Assembly: GCA_018649885.1 (NCBI GenBank)
Contig: JABIHA010000068.1
Span: 1-64,000, forward strand
Direction: 5' to 3'
DNA: 64,000 nucleotides
From: Bacteriovoracaceae bacterium
Lineage (GTDB): Bacteria > Bdellovibrionota > Bacteriovoracia > Bacteriovoracales > Bacteriovoracaceae
Position numbers and translations under genes: made by a program. A model generated the notes under the pieces. That model had not been told where the DNA came from. It did no database searches and worked only from the letters and a program-made list of their open reading frames with translations. Below, piece after piece: positions 1-9,400 of the stretch (position 1 is the stretch's first letter; every line of letters starts with the position of its first letter).

Positions 1-315
1 CCTAAGAAACCAGGACCTAAGAAACCAGGACCTAAGAAGCCAGGACCTAAGAAGCCAGGACCTAAGAAGAAACCTGGTTATAAAAAGCCAGCTCCTAAAA
101 AGAAACCTGGTTATAAGAAGCCAGCTCCTAAAAAGAAACCTGGTTATAAGAAGCCAGCTCCTAAGAAGCCAGCTCCTAAAAAGAAACCTGCTCCTAAGAA
201 GCCAGCTCCAAAAAAGAAGCCTGCTTATAAGAAGCCAGCTCCTAAAAAGAAACCTGCTCCTAAAAAGAAGCCAGGTGCTAAAAAACCAGGGAAAAAGAAA
301 AAGAAGAAAAAGTAG
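1..315 (+). CDS. 3' end of a gene (5' part outside window) with a Lys/Pro/Ala-rich, histone-H1-like repetitive tail
   Basis: Frame 1 is open from base 1 to TAG at 313-315 and reads PKKPG x4, YKKPAPKKKPG repeats, ending KKKKKKK. Synonymous variation between repeats; terminator follows. Absent from the ORF track because there is no start codon. Confidence 0.85.
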   Translation, partial: PKKPGPKKPGPKKPGPKKPGPKKKPGYKKPAPKKKPGYKKPAPKKKPGYKKPAPKKPAPKKKPAPKKPAPKKKPAYKKPAPKKKPAPKKKPGAKKPGKKKKKKK

Positions 316-320
316 CTATA

Positions 321-353
321 AAAAAGGCCCCAGAACTGGGGCCTTTCTTTTTT
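321..353 (+). terminator. Rho-independent terminator, probably bidirectional
   Basis: AAAGGCCCCAG-AA-CTGGGGCCTTT inverted repeat with a T-rich tract after and an A-tract before, between convergent genes. Confidence 0.85.
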
Positions 354-379
354 AGATTATATTCTAATTTCTATTGATT

Positions 380-676
380 TCAGCAACCACTTCTATGGTA
401 TTTGTAGACTTTGTGGCAAAGTTTATAACTAAGCCTACCGCATTTCATTTTTTTCTTCGTTCCATTATCACAGAATTTAACCATTAAACTTTCTTGCCCT
501 ATTTTTCTACGAGTACAAGACTCCTTTATCTCGCTTGCGTGTTCTAATCTAGATTCTAGTTTTGAAATCTCACCAGTTAAGCTATTACATCTCGACTTCA
601 TTGCAAAAGCCGTACTTGATATAAAAAAACTACTGCAAATAAATAGTGATGAGACTAATAGAAAACTACGATTCAT
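380..676 (-). CDS. small secreted Cys-rich basic hypothetical protein
   Basis: Signal peptide ending AFA, six Cys in the mature part, GGGGAG RBS upstream. Confidence 0.7.
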   Translation of the reverse strand: MNRSFLLVSSLFICSSFFISSTAFAMKSRCNSLTGEISKLESRLEHASEIKESCTRRKIGQESLMVKFCDNGTKKKMKCGRLSYKLCHKVYKYHRSGC

Positions 677-857
677 TTAACTCCCCAAAAGCAACTAAGT
701 CAGATTGAATTATAGCCTGCACGAGGACCATTGCCGAAAGAAAACTAATCCAGCCTATGATTTCACACATTTGAAGTAGTAAATGATAAACTTTTAGGGA
801 ATATGGTGACAAAAAAAATAGTCAAAATTGATCAAAAAAGACCAAAGTTAATTTTTC

Positions 858-1490
858 TTATCTAACTAGCTCTTGAATTTTTTTTGCCTCTTGGAGCTTT
901 TTGTAAACCAGGTCTTCACTTCCAGGAGACCAACAAATTAAAAGATTAAGCTCACCTGCGTAGATATAAACTTCACTAAATATTTTTCCAGAAGAAACCA
1001 TGATGTCAGAAATTAATTTATCAGGATTAATATCACCCATCACAGTGTATTTCTTATTAAAGGAATCACTTGAAAAAATCAAAAATGGCTTCGTAAAAAA
1101 TCTATTTTTAATATGGAGGGAAGTATAAGCATCTCTTAATTTGATGACCACTTTAATCTTTTGATCAAGGGATATTATTGAGGCGTACTCATCATCAAAG
1201 CTAGGGTTAATAAATTCAAACTTTATCCCCACCCGCTTGGCCCCAAAAACACTTCTTATCAACTCCGCCTTTGACGACTCCCACGCATTTTTAGAAATTT
1301 CTCTTCGTTTATAGTTAAAGAACATTACGTAGCTTATTAGGGCCAAAACAAATATGACAGAGGGGATGATTTGAATCATCATACCAGCATTCCCCTGAGG
1401 CTTAATTTTGGGGAAAAAAGTGATATTGAAAAATAAAATTGAGACGAAAAAAGCTGCTAGTAGTGGCCATCCCCATTTATAAAGAAACAA
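858..1490 (-). CDS. hypothetical membrane protein (two N-terminal TM segments)
   Basis: 210-aa ORF, TTG start with GGAG RBS, two hydrophobic stretches. Confidence 0.65.
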   Translation of the reverse strand: MFLYKWGWPLLAAFFVSILFFNITFFPKIKPQGNAGMMIQIIPSVIFVLALISYVMFFNYKRREISKNAWESSKAELIRSVFGAKRVGIKFEFINPSFDDEYASIISLDQKIKVVIKLRDAYTSLHIKNRFFTKPFLIFSSDSFNKKYTVMGDINPDKLISDIMVSSGKIFSEVYIYAGELNLLICWSPGSEDLVYKKLQEAKKIQELVR

Positions 1491-1508
1491 TTGCCTACTC
1501 CCTTAAAA

Positions 1509-1911
1509 TTACTCTACACTCCACTTCGGATCTTCAATAGTGTATATGGTGGTATCTTGATCATATCCTTGAGATATTTCACCATTTTCATTAGTTTCTG
1601 CTTTTGGGATAACAGCACTTTTTAATAATCCATTTACTTTGATTTTTGCACTTCCATGATAACCATCCGGCCATCCAGAAAGTCCACCGACAAAGACCAT
1701 GCCGCTATCACTTTTAATTATAGCTCCATCTTTTTTATTGAAGGCAACTCCTGAAATAGTGACCTGTGTATTAACAAGTTTAGAGAGTTCTATTTTATTG
1801 TTATTCATTTTTCCTCCACCATCAATCACCTCACTTTTGTTGCAACCGGCACTTAAAAAAAAAAGTGAAAATTGTAGCCAACAAGACAGTAGGCACCAAG
1901 TGTCTATTCAT
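1509..1911 (-). pseudogene. lipoprotein gene interrupted by a one-base frameshift in an A10 tract
   Basis: ATG at 1911 encodes MNRHLVPTVLLATIFTFF. Removing one A from 1855-1864 continues into lipobox LSAGC and then in frame into ORF 1509..1829 (133 aa total). Confidence 0.7.
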
Positions 1912-2012
1912 AAATTAGAGTATAGCAGGATTTTGCCTCAAGTTAAAAATCACAAAAGGGTGATATTTGATGAAAATTAAAGGTTATTGATAGGCCTGTG
2001 CAAGGCCAGAGC

Positions 2013-3866
2013 TTACTTAGAGTACTCTAGCCTTACATTTCTTTGATTAATTTTAAGGTTTTTGTCATTTATCACTTTCTCACCGTACTCTTTGGGTACT
2101 TCAAGAAAGCTGAAGCGATTTTTGATATCAACATTTTGTATATCACCGGCTTTGATACCAGTTGCTTTTGAAAAATCATTTAAAAGAGAATTCATTTGAA
2201 TGCCATCATCATTTCCAGCATTTAAAAAGAGTCTCACATTTCCAACTTTGGCAACATGTGATTGTCTTTCACGAGGGGAGTCAGACCTGCGATCATCTCT
2301 AGACCTACGGTCCCCACTGTCACCACGTCTACTATCGGATCTTCTATCTCCTCTATCTCCACGTCGTCCATCAAATCTTGATTCATTTCGATCACCATGT
2401 CTACGATCAGATCTTCTATCGCCGCCACGATCTCCACGTCTACTATCAGACCTTCGATCTCCACGTCGGCCATCAGATCTTCTATCACTTCTATCACTTC
2501 TATCATTTCTAGATCTTCTAGAAACATCTTCGTCAAGAGATCCAATATCATTGTATCTTTGTAAGTCTTTATTGAAACTTCTAGTAAACATAATTTTGAG
2601 AAGATCATCTTTTGTTAATTCTTTTAGATTTTCTTCAAATAGCTCAAAGGTTTGATCCATTTTGTAATCATCACCTTTTCCTACGACTGCCTCTATTACT
2701 GAGCTCATTCTCTCAAGTTCATTCTTAACTTTTGAAAGTTTTAGAACTTGAACTGTTGGAAGACGGCAATGCTCAATTTTTTGCTTAATATAGCTTTCTA
2801 TTCTTCTAAGGTAACCTAAATCTCTAGGGTCAATTAAGGAAATTGCTTCACCCTTTTGTCCTGCTCGTCCTGTTCTTCCAATTCTATGAACATATGATTC
2901 GTTATCTTGTGGAACGCCATAGTTAATAACATGAGTAAGACAGGTAATATCGATTCCTCTAGAGGCAACATCAGTACAAACCATCATTTGAGATTTCTTT
3001 TCTTTAAACCTCTGAAGTGATGCATTTCTTTGGCTTTGTCCCATATCTCCATGGAGCATATCTACCTTATAACCACTTGAAAGTAGAAACTCTGCCAGCT
3101 CTTGTGTATCTTGGCGAGTCCTACAAAAAACAAGCCCATAAAAATCTGGCTCAATAGCAAGTATCCTGACAAGGGCTTCCCGGTGGTATCTTCTTTGTAC
3201 TAGATAAAATTTTTGCTCTATATTTTCATTACTTAATGTTTTTCTTTGTACTTTAAATACTTCAGGGTCTTTGAATTTTCTACTTATCATATTTAAGATA
3301 GCGCCAGGCATAGTTGCAGAAAACATCCACCTTTTCACATTATCTTTAAATGCTTCCATGATTTTATCAACGTCTTCTTGAAAGCCCATATTGAGCATTT
3401 CATCAGCTTCATCGAGAATCAAATATTCACTATTTTCAAAGCGAAGTGTGCCCTGATTAATTAGATCCATCACCCTACCAGGAGTCCCGATAACGATTTG
3501 TGGTCTTTGTCTTTTAAGAAAGGTTTTTTGTCTTACGTAAGAGTCGCCTCCGTAAATAGCAACAGCTTTAATTCCAGTATATTTGGCGAGCTTTTCGACT
3601 TCACCGAAAACTTGTAGTGCCAACTCTCTGGTTGGAGCTAGAACTAGTGCTTGAACATTACCTGATGTGGGGTCTAGATTTTCAAGAAGAGGGATAACAA
3701 ATGCTGCGGTTTTCCCTGTCCCCGTTTGTGCTTGCCCTACAAAATCTCTATCTCCACTCAAAAGCGCTGGTATAGCTTTCTCTTGAATTTCAGTAGGAGA
3801 TTCATAGCCCAGGTCTTTGATGGCCTTCATAATATTTTCAGAAAGCCCAAGTTCAATAAAATCCAC
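2013..3866 (-). CDS. deaD: DEAD-box RNA helicase (DeaD/CsdA type) with C-terminal DbpA-like RNA-binding domain
   Basis: Q motif, AQTGTGKT, PTRELA, DEAD, SAT, HRIGRTGRAG; C-terminal RNA-binding domain. Confidence 0.93.
   Translation of the reverse strand: MDFIELGLSENIMKAIKDLGYESPTEIQEKAIPALLSGDRDFVGQAQTGTGKTAAFVIPLLENLDPTSGNVQALVLAPTRELALQVFGEVEKLAKYTGIKAVAIYGGDSYVRQKTFLKRQRPQIVIGTPGRVMDLINQGTLRFENSEYLILDEADEMLNMGFQEDVDKIMEAFKDNVKRWMFSATMPGAILNMISRKFKDPEVFKVQRKTLSNENIEQKFYLVQRRYHREALVRILAIEPDFYGLVFCRTRQDTQELAEFLLSSGYKVDMLHGDMGQSQRNASLQRFKEKKSQMMVCTDVASRGIDITCLTHVINYGVPQDNESYVHRIGRTGRAGQKGEAISLIDPRDLGYLRRIESYIKQKIEHCRLPTVQVLKLSKVKNELERMSSVIEAVVGKGDDYKMDQTFELFEENLKELTKDDLLKIMFTRSFNKDLQRYNDIGSLDEDVSRRSRNDRSDRSDRRSDGRRGDRRSDSRRGDRGGDRRSDRRHGDRNESRFDGRRGDRGDRRSDSRRGDSGDRRSRDDRRSDSPRERQSHVAKVGNVRLFLNAGNDDGIQMNSLLNDFSKATGIKAGDIQNVDIKNRFSFLEVPKEYGEKVINDKNLKINQRNVRLEYSK
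2270..2512 (-). repeat. coding low-complexity Arg/Asp/Gly/Ser repeats inside the helicase
   Basis: DRRSDSRRGDRG-type units in the helicase linker. Confidence 0.8.
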
Positions 3867-3963
3867 GTTAACTCCACTTTAAATTTATTACTATATGCGG
3901 CAAATTACCCTATTTAATATTCCTTGTATATGAGTAAAAGGTAATAATGTGGCAGGGGATTTT

Positions 3964-4848
3964 TTAATGCGCTGTACTGTTAAAAAGTTCAGACTCAATG
4001 AGTTTTTCCAGTCGAGAAAGCTTTAACAGCGCGTTTTTAGGTTCACTTAGGCCTTCTGCACAGGCGAGAGCTTTTTTCCTGAATAGCTCAGCTAATGAGT
4101 TTTTCCCGGAGGCCTTGAACAACCGTGAGAAGTCGAGGCTCCTTTTACTGCAAACTGGAAAGGTGAAATGATTTAAAAATTGCAGGTTGTAATTTTCCCT
4201 TAGAGCATAGGTGTTAATGACCTCCCAAGAGTTTTGTTTGTAAATACTTTTGAAATAACTCATGACAGTACTAGAGCTGGCCTGCTTCCCTACCTTTTTA
4301 GGATTAGACCAGGCCATGGTTTTTGAATAAAGCATAATATTAGAGGCCGCAGCTAGAGATGCTTGTGTAATTTTTAAAAATGGATAACCAGCTGGGTCAT
4401 GAGCTGTATAAACTCCCCCCTGCTTTTCTTTTAGAAGAATGTAATGGTCACCACCCACTCTACCAGCTGGTGGCAGTAGCTCGGCAATTAAAGGGCCTAC
4501 GACTGCTGGGTATGAGCTTACCTCTGAAGCCAGGGACTCTGAGTACTCGTATCCAAGAAAACCCAGTGCCTTTCTTATTCCGTCAGCTGGGTTTACATTT
4601 GATAAGTATAACTCTCCTCCAAATTCAAACGCCCCCAAGCCAACTCCTGTTAAAACTTCAATAAATCCAGAGCTAAATTTCTCACCAGTCTTTTGTTCAA
4701 CCATCATCGAAAGGCTATCTGAATAGCAGTACCAAGCATTACCAATATACTGACTTTTTTGCTGCTCGAATTTTTGATAGAGACTAGACGTTTCAGAGGC
4801 ACTTATTGAGAAAGTTAATAGAAGAAATAAGTAGGATAGGACTCGCAA
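3964..4848 (-). CDS. secreted putative papain-like (BtrH-N/C39-like) Cys protein
   Basis: Signal peptide; YIGNAWYCYSDSLSM (Cys), GGDHY (His), HDP (Asp) in papain-like order. Confidence 0.5.
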   Translation of the reverse strand: MRVLSYLFLLLTFSISASETSSLYQKFEQQKSQYIGNAWYCYSDSLSMMVEQKTGEKFSSGFIEVLTGVGLGAFEFGGELYLSNVNPADGIRKALGFLGYEYSESLASEVSSYPAVVGPLIAELLPPAGRVGGDHYILLKEKQGGVYTAHDPAGYPFLKITQASLAAASNIMLYSKTMAWSNPKKVGKQASSSTVMSYFKSIYKQNSWEVINTYALRENYNLQFLNHFTFPVCSKRSLDFSRLFKASGKNSLAELFRKKALACAEGLSEPKNALLKLSRLEKLIESELFNSTAH

Positions 4849-4930
4849 TTTTCACCTCACTACACGCTTTTATCCCAGAATCATGAAAATTGCGAGTGAT
4901 GTACTAATAATGAATAAATTATAGGAACAA

Positions 4931-5461
4931 TTAAAGAAGGCTTAGGTGATACAGGCCCATCCAGCCAACTTCAGGGTCAGAAATCCTTCCCTTAACAAGT
5001 TGGTCGATAAACTCTTCTTTGGACTTTGTGATCACCTCAATAAATTCATGCTCATCAGGACTTGGCTCCCCGATTTTTTGGCAATTTTTTGCAATAAAAG
5101 CGTAGCGATCAATTGTCGAGTAAGCACATTCTAAAACATTTGAAAGTTGAATTAATTCCCCTGGAAAGTAGCCCGTCTCTTCAAGCAATTCCCTTTTTGC
5201 AGCTTCAGGTGCTGACTCATTTCCATCAATGCCACCACCAGGAATTTCATCTAAAATCTGATCGGGACCAGGACGATATTGTCTGGCCAAAATAATTTCA
5301 CCATTACAATCAAAAGCTAGAACAGCAACAGCACTTCCCTCTTTCTTGAGAGAGTAAATCTGCCTCTCTCCTGTAGGCAATTCAAACTCTACATCTTCTA
5401 TACTTCTGTAAGGTGAGTGGGTATAGGTTTTCCTGCTCAAAACTTTCCATTTACTAATCAT
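4931..5461 (-). CDS. NUDIX hydrolase (ADP-ribose pyrophosphatase-like)
   Basis: Nudix box GGIDGNESAPEAAKRELLEETG and a QYR motif. Confidence 0.9.
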   Translation of the reverse strand: MISKWKVLSRKTYTHSPYRSIEDVEFELPTGERQIYSLKKEGSAVAVLAFDCNGEIILARQYRPGPDQILDEIPGGGIDGNESAPEAAKRELLEETGYFPGELIQLSNVLECAYSTIDRYAFIAKNCQKIGEPSPDEHEFIEVITKSKEEFIDQLVKGRISDPEVGWMGLYHLSLL

Positions 5462-5755
5462 CGGAGCATTTTATAACAAAAAATTTATAAATCAATTAGT
5501 GACCCACGCCCTCTATGAAAATAGGGTTCAAATGTAAAGAGAGAGCACAGCAGAAATACTACCTTTTCTCCAACTTTTTTTGATTTAGGTGCAAGGCTCC
5601 CACACTTTTTTCTTACAATTGAGCTGAACCCTAGGAATATTAAAATACAATTGCTAGGGTTGGTTATGCGAAATTTCCTACTGCTTTTAGCACTTATTTT
5701 GTTAATTCAAACTGTCAGGGCATCAGTCATATTACTGTGACAATGAGGCGACTTT

Positions 5756-7000
5756 CTACAACATCTCCTTCAATTTTTTCGGCCAACAAACACTTCCATC
5801 TTTTCTTTGATGATTCTCCATTAAGGGAATTAGAATTCTTGGAGTTGCAATAGCGGTGCAATTGAGTGTGTGACAAAAATGAACTTCTCCATTTCCATCT
5901 CTATATCTAAGTCCACTTCTTCTCGCTTGCCAATCGTGTAGAGTACTACCGCTATGGCTCTCTCTATAACGATTTTCACTGGGAACCCACACTTCTATAT
6001 CATTCATCCTAAATTTTCCTACTCCCATATCTCCTGTACAACATTCAACTACCCGGTAGGGAATTTCTAGCTCACACACTAATTCCTCTGCAATCTCTAA
6101 CATCAATTGATGCCATTTTTCGCTCTCAGCAGGATCGTTTTTACAAAGTATGTACTGCTCAGTTTTGTTGAATTGGTGGACACGCATTAGCCCACCTACA
6201 TCTCTACCTGAACTTCCTGCTTCGCTTCTAAAGCATGGACCATAGGCTCCATAGAAAATGGGTAGCTCACTTTCTTTTAATATTTCTCCAGAATGAAAAC
6301 TATTTGTGACAATTTCACTAGTGCCAATGAGGTATTGATTCTCTTTTTCAAGATGATAGACTTGATCTTTCCCCTTAGGAAAATGTCCAGTTCCCAAAAA
6401 TGCATCATCTCTTGCAAAGCTCACAACAGACATAATTTGAAAATTTCTTTTTGCCAATTTCTTTAAGGCCAAATTGTGTAAGGCCATCTCCACAAGGAGA
6501 AGCTCGCCCTTTAGTGTATAAGCTCTCTCTCCTGAAACCTTTACGGCCCTTTCAAATTCCGCCCACTGATTTTGTTCTACAATTTCACGATGATTTTTTA
6601 AATCAAAATTAAACTCTGGAGGCAATCCAACAATTCTAATCACTTCATTATCATCTTCACAGGTTCCAATGGGTGCTGTGGCCATAGGAATATTGGGAAC
6701 AAGGTAGAGCATAAGTTGAAGTTTTTCTTCAAGACGCCTTAGCCTAGGCTCCATTTCCTTAATCTGTCCCCCAACCTTCTTACCTTTTTCGATTAGCTCG
6801 GCCCTTTTAGCTTTTTCACTTCTTGGTACGTCCTTAGCAATAGTATTTTTTAGAGTTTGTAATTTTTGAAGATCAGTTTTAGTTTGGCTCACTTGTGTAT
6901 CAATATCCAGAAGCTGGTCCAAATTTAGCTCACACGCCTTGTCTTTGATGGCCTTGGCAACAATACCCTTGTTGTTTCGAATATATTTTATATCTAACAT
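5756..7000 (-). CDS. serS: serine--tRNA ligase
   Basis: MLDIKYIR start, N-terminal coiled coil, GTSE, FRSEAG, RVHQFNKTE, HTLNCTA motifs. Confidence 0.96.
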   Translation of the reverse strand: MLDIKYIRNNKGIVAKAIKDKACELNLDQLLDIDTQVSQTKTDLQKLQTLKNTIAKDVPRSEKAKRAELIEKGKKVGGQIKEMEPRLRRLEEKLQLMLYLVPNIPMATAPIGTCEDDNEVIRIVGLPPEFNFDLKNHREIVEQNQWAEFERAVKVSGERAYTLKGELLLVEMALHNLALKKLAKRNFQIMSVVSFARDDAFLGTGHFPKGKDQVYHLEKENQYLIGTSEIVTNSFHSGEILKESELPIFYGAYGPCFRSEAGSSGRDVGGLMRVHQFNKTEQYILCKNDPAESEKWHQLMLEIAEELVCELEIPYRVVECCTGDMGVGKFRMNDIEVWVPSENRYRESHSGSTLHDWQARRSGLRYRDGNGEVHFCHTLNCTAIATPRILIPLMENHQRKDGSVCWPKKLKEML

Positions 7001-7283
7001 AGAATTTCTCCATTTCTTAAAATTTTAAATTGTTCAATTTTCTTGGAAATTATCATTGTGGCCTGACCCAATATCCAGTGGATGGGGCAAGCTATTTGGA
7101 GGAGAGGGAAAGCACACAAAGTCCGCCAAATCGGCTAACTGTCGTGTTTAATAAACTGAATGTTAGACATTTGTCCATTTCATCCCTCTTTAAAAACCAA
7201 TATACCAAAAGTTGGTTTTTTTTCAATCCAAAACTTACCAAAAAAGATATACTCCAACGATAAAAGGAAACCATGTGTTCGAA

Positions 7284-8144
7284 ATGCGCAATTTAGCAAT
7301 ATTACTGATAATTATTACCACATTTGGCTGTCAGAAATCGGCAAAAACTCCAGTTGAGGACCTCCCAGTACTTGCCTCTTTTTCAGCAATGGGTTGTGGA
7401 CCTTACGGAGTTGAATACTTTGAGCAAATTGAGAAATTCATTAAAAAAGAGAAGTCGGCTAAAGGAAGCCTCTTTGCAGTCCATGTAGGAGATATAGTTG
7501 GTGGCAAACAAAGATCAATTTCGAAGGCATACTATGAAAAAATATCAGAATTGTTTAAAAAATATCCTGTGCCCTTTTTCTTTGTTCCAGGTGACAATGA
7601 GTGGAATGATTTAAAGAATCCAGAAAAAGGCTGGAAGAAATGGAATAAGTATTATTTGAATTTTTTCAAATCCTTTAAGCCAAGCTGGACGGTAAAAACT
7701 CAAGCAATTCGAGAGGAAAACTGGAGTTTTAAAATTGGTAAAGTTCTATTTTTAGGGTTCAACCTTGTTGGCGGTCGCATCCACGATCCTAAAGAGTGGC
7801 ACGGAAGACATATCGACAATGTAAAATGGCTTAATGAGAATCTTCCAAGCTCGCAAGACGATACAAAGGCAGCTGTAATGTTTTTCCAAACTGCCCTACG
7901 CGGAGAACATTCAATATTCACCAAGGGACTTAGAAAGTTTGCGAGGAAGTACAAAAAACCAATTCTTCTTGTTCACGCCGATAAACACAAATGGATCCAC
8001 GATAGGCCGCTGCCAGAGAAAAATATCATAAGAATTCAAATGGATAAATTAGGTCCCTATCCTCCCATCCAAGTTTCCGTCCTAGATACCGATAATCCCA
8101 GCCTTGCATTTAAAGTCGATAGAAGGCTAAAGTGGCTAAAATAG
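7284..8144 (+). CDS. calcineurin-like metallophosphoesterase lipoprotein
   Basis: Lipobox TFGC after ATG 7284; HVGD, PGDNEWND and VHAD-H motifs. Confidence 0.75.
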   Translation: MRNLAILLIIITTFGCQKSAKTPVEDLPVLASFSAMGCGPYGVEYFEQIEKFIKKEKSAKGSLFAVHVGDIVGGKQRSISKAYYEKISELFKKYPVPFFFVPGDNEWNDLKNPEKGWKKWNKYYLNFFKSFKPSWTVKTQAIREENWSFKIGKVLFLGFNLVGGRIHDPKEWHGRHIDNVKWLNENLPSSQDDTKAAVMFFQTALRGEHSIFTKGLRKFARKYKKPILLVHADKHKWIHDRPLPEKNIIRIQMDKLGPYPPIQVSVLDTDNPSLAFKVDRRLKWLK

Positions 8145-8154
8145 CTCCCACATT

Positions 8155-9390
8155 TTAATTTACAATCACTTCCATATTCATAAAAAGAGCGGGACTTTCA
8201 TCAATTCCTGAAAATTGATCGGAGGAAATCTCCATAAGCTCATCACCAAACATCTTCTGAACGCTCGTTTTTAAGGTAATCTGTGGAAGTTTCCCAACAA
8301 CCTCTCCAGCGCGCATCATGAAACCAGCTTGAACAGGTGTGGAGTAATCACCAGTATCAGTGAAGTCTCCTCCTGCTGCTATTTCAACAATAAGACACTC
8401 AGGAAGGGACTTTAAAATATCAGTGCACGACTGCTCACCTGGACCAATGATAATTTTATTAAAACCAAGTGATACGCCTGAGTTGTAGGCCCTTTGCCCA
8501 TTGCCCGTAGAAGCAGAGTCATATTTACTGGCATTCCGAAGGTCACATATAAGATTTTTCATCACTCCATTTTCAACAAGACCCAGGCTTGGGTTATCCC
8601 TGACGAATCCTTCACCATCAAATAGGCCCATGGCATTTTTCTCTGGATCATAGCTCACATCAAAAATACTGAGTTTTTCATTTAAAATTTTATTTCCCAA
8701 ACATCCCTTATAGAGACCAATATTTTTTTGATAAGTATCAATTCGAAAACTCTCAAGGAGTTTTCCATAAATACTGCTTTGCTCAACAAAAACTACTGGA
8801 TATTCTCCATTTTTGACGTCTGCTACACTAGTGAATTTCTTTAGAAAGGGAACATAGCTATCCAACTCATTTCCCAACTCAAATTTTCCAATATTTCCTG
8901 CTCCAAAATACCCATCCATAATGCTGGCTGAGCTCTTATGCTTGTAAATAAAGTACCAATCAAACTCATCAAAAGTGAGCTCTTGAGAGATCTCATCACC
9001 AATTTGTTGAGATTTAGATATTCTCGAAAGATTGGCCTTGCCTGAAAATATAAACTCTGGAAAAAGTTTCTTTAACTTTTCTTTTTGCTCTTTATAGCTC
9101 TCGTAAAAATCTTTTTCAGCATCACTGCTTTCCGTAATTACAGATTTACTAACTGACCGAGCTGTCCCAAGGTCATAAGAATAGGGCATACCTGCCTCAG
9201 TATTGGAAATCGCTTGCTCGAAAAGCTTCTCGCTTTCAATGTCTCCCACAAAAGAGGACGAAAATACCTTCCCATCTTTAAATACTCTAGCACCAGATTT
9301 TAAAATATTTTTATTTCTAATGGAAGTGATCTCATTACCAGCCACTTCAATGGATAATTCTTTTTTTCTAACTCTAATTATATCTCTCAT
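8155..9390 (-). CDS. pmbA: PmbA/TldE family metallopeptidase modulator
   Basis: FDGEG and STGNG motifs, no HExxH; directly downstream of tldD. Confidence 0.8.
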   Translation of the reverse strand: MRDIIRVRKKELSIEVAGNEITSIRNKNILKSGARVFKDGKVFSSSFVGDIESEKLFEQAISNTEAGMPYSYDLGTARSVSKSVITESSDAEKDFYESYKEQKEKLKKLFPEFIFSGKANLSRISKSQQIGDEISQELTFDEFDWYFIYKHKSSASIMDGYFGAGNIGKFELGNELDSYVPFLKKFTSVADVKNGEYPVVFVEQSSIYGKLLESFRIDTYQKNIGLYKGCLGNKILNEKLSIFDVSYDPEKNAMGLFDGEGFVRDNPSLGLVENGVMKNLICDLRNASKYDSASTGNGQRAYNSGVSLGFNKIIIGPGEQSCTDILKSLPECLIVEIAAGGDFTDTGDYSTPVQAGFMMRAGEVVGKLPQITLKTSVQKMFGDELMEISSDQFSGIDESPALFMNMEVIVN

Positions 9391-9400
9391 TACCAGACCT

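Noticed and set aside
2200..2655. ORFs 2200..2655 (+) and 2234..2608 (-)
   Set aside because: Shadow frames of the repetitive helicase linker.
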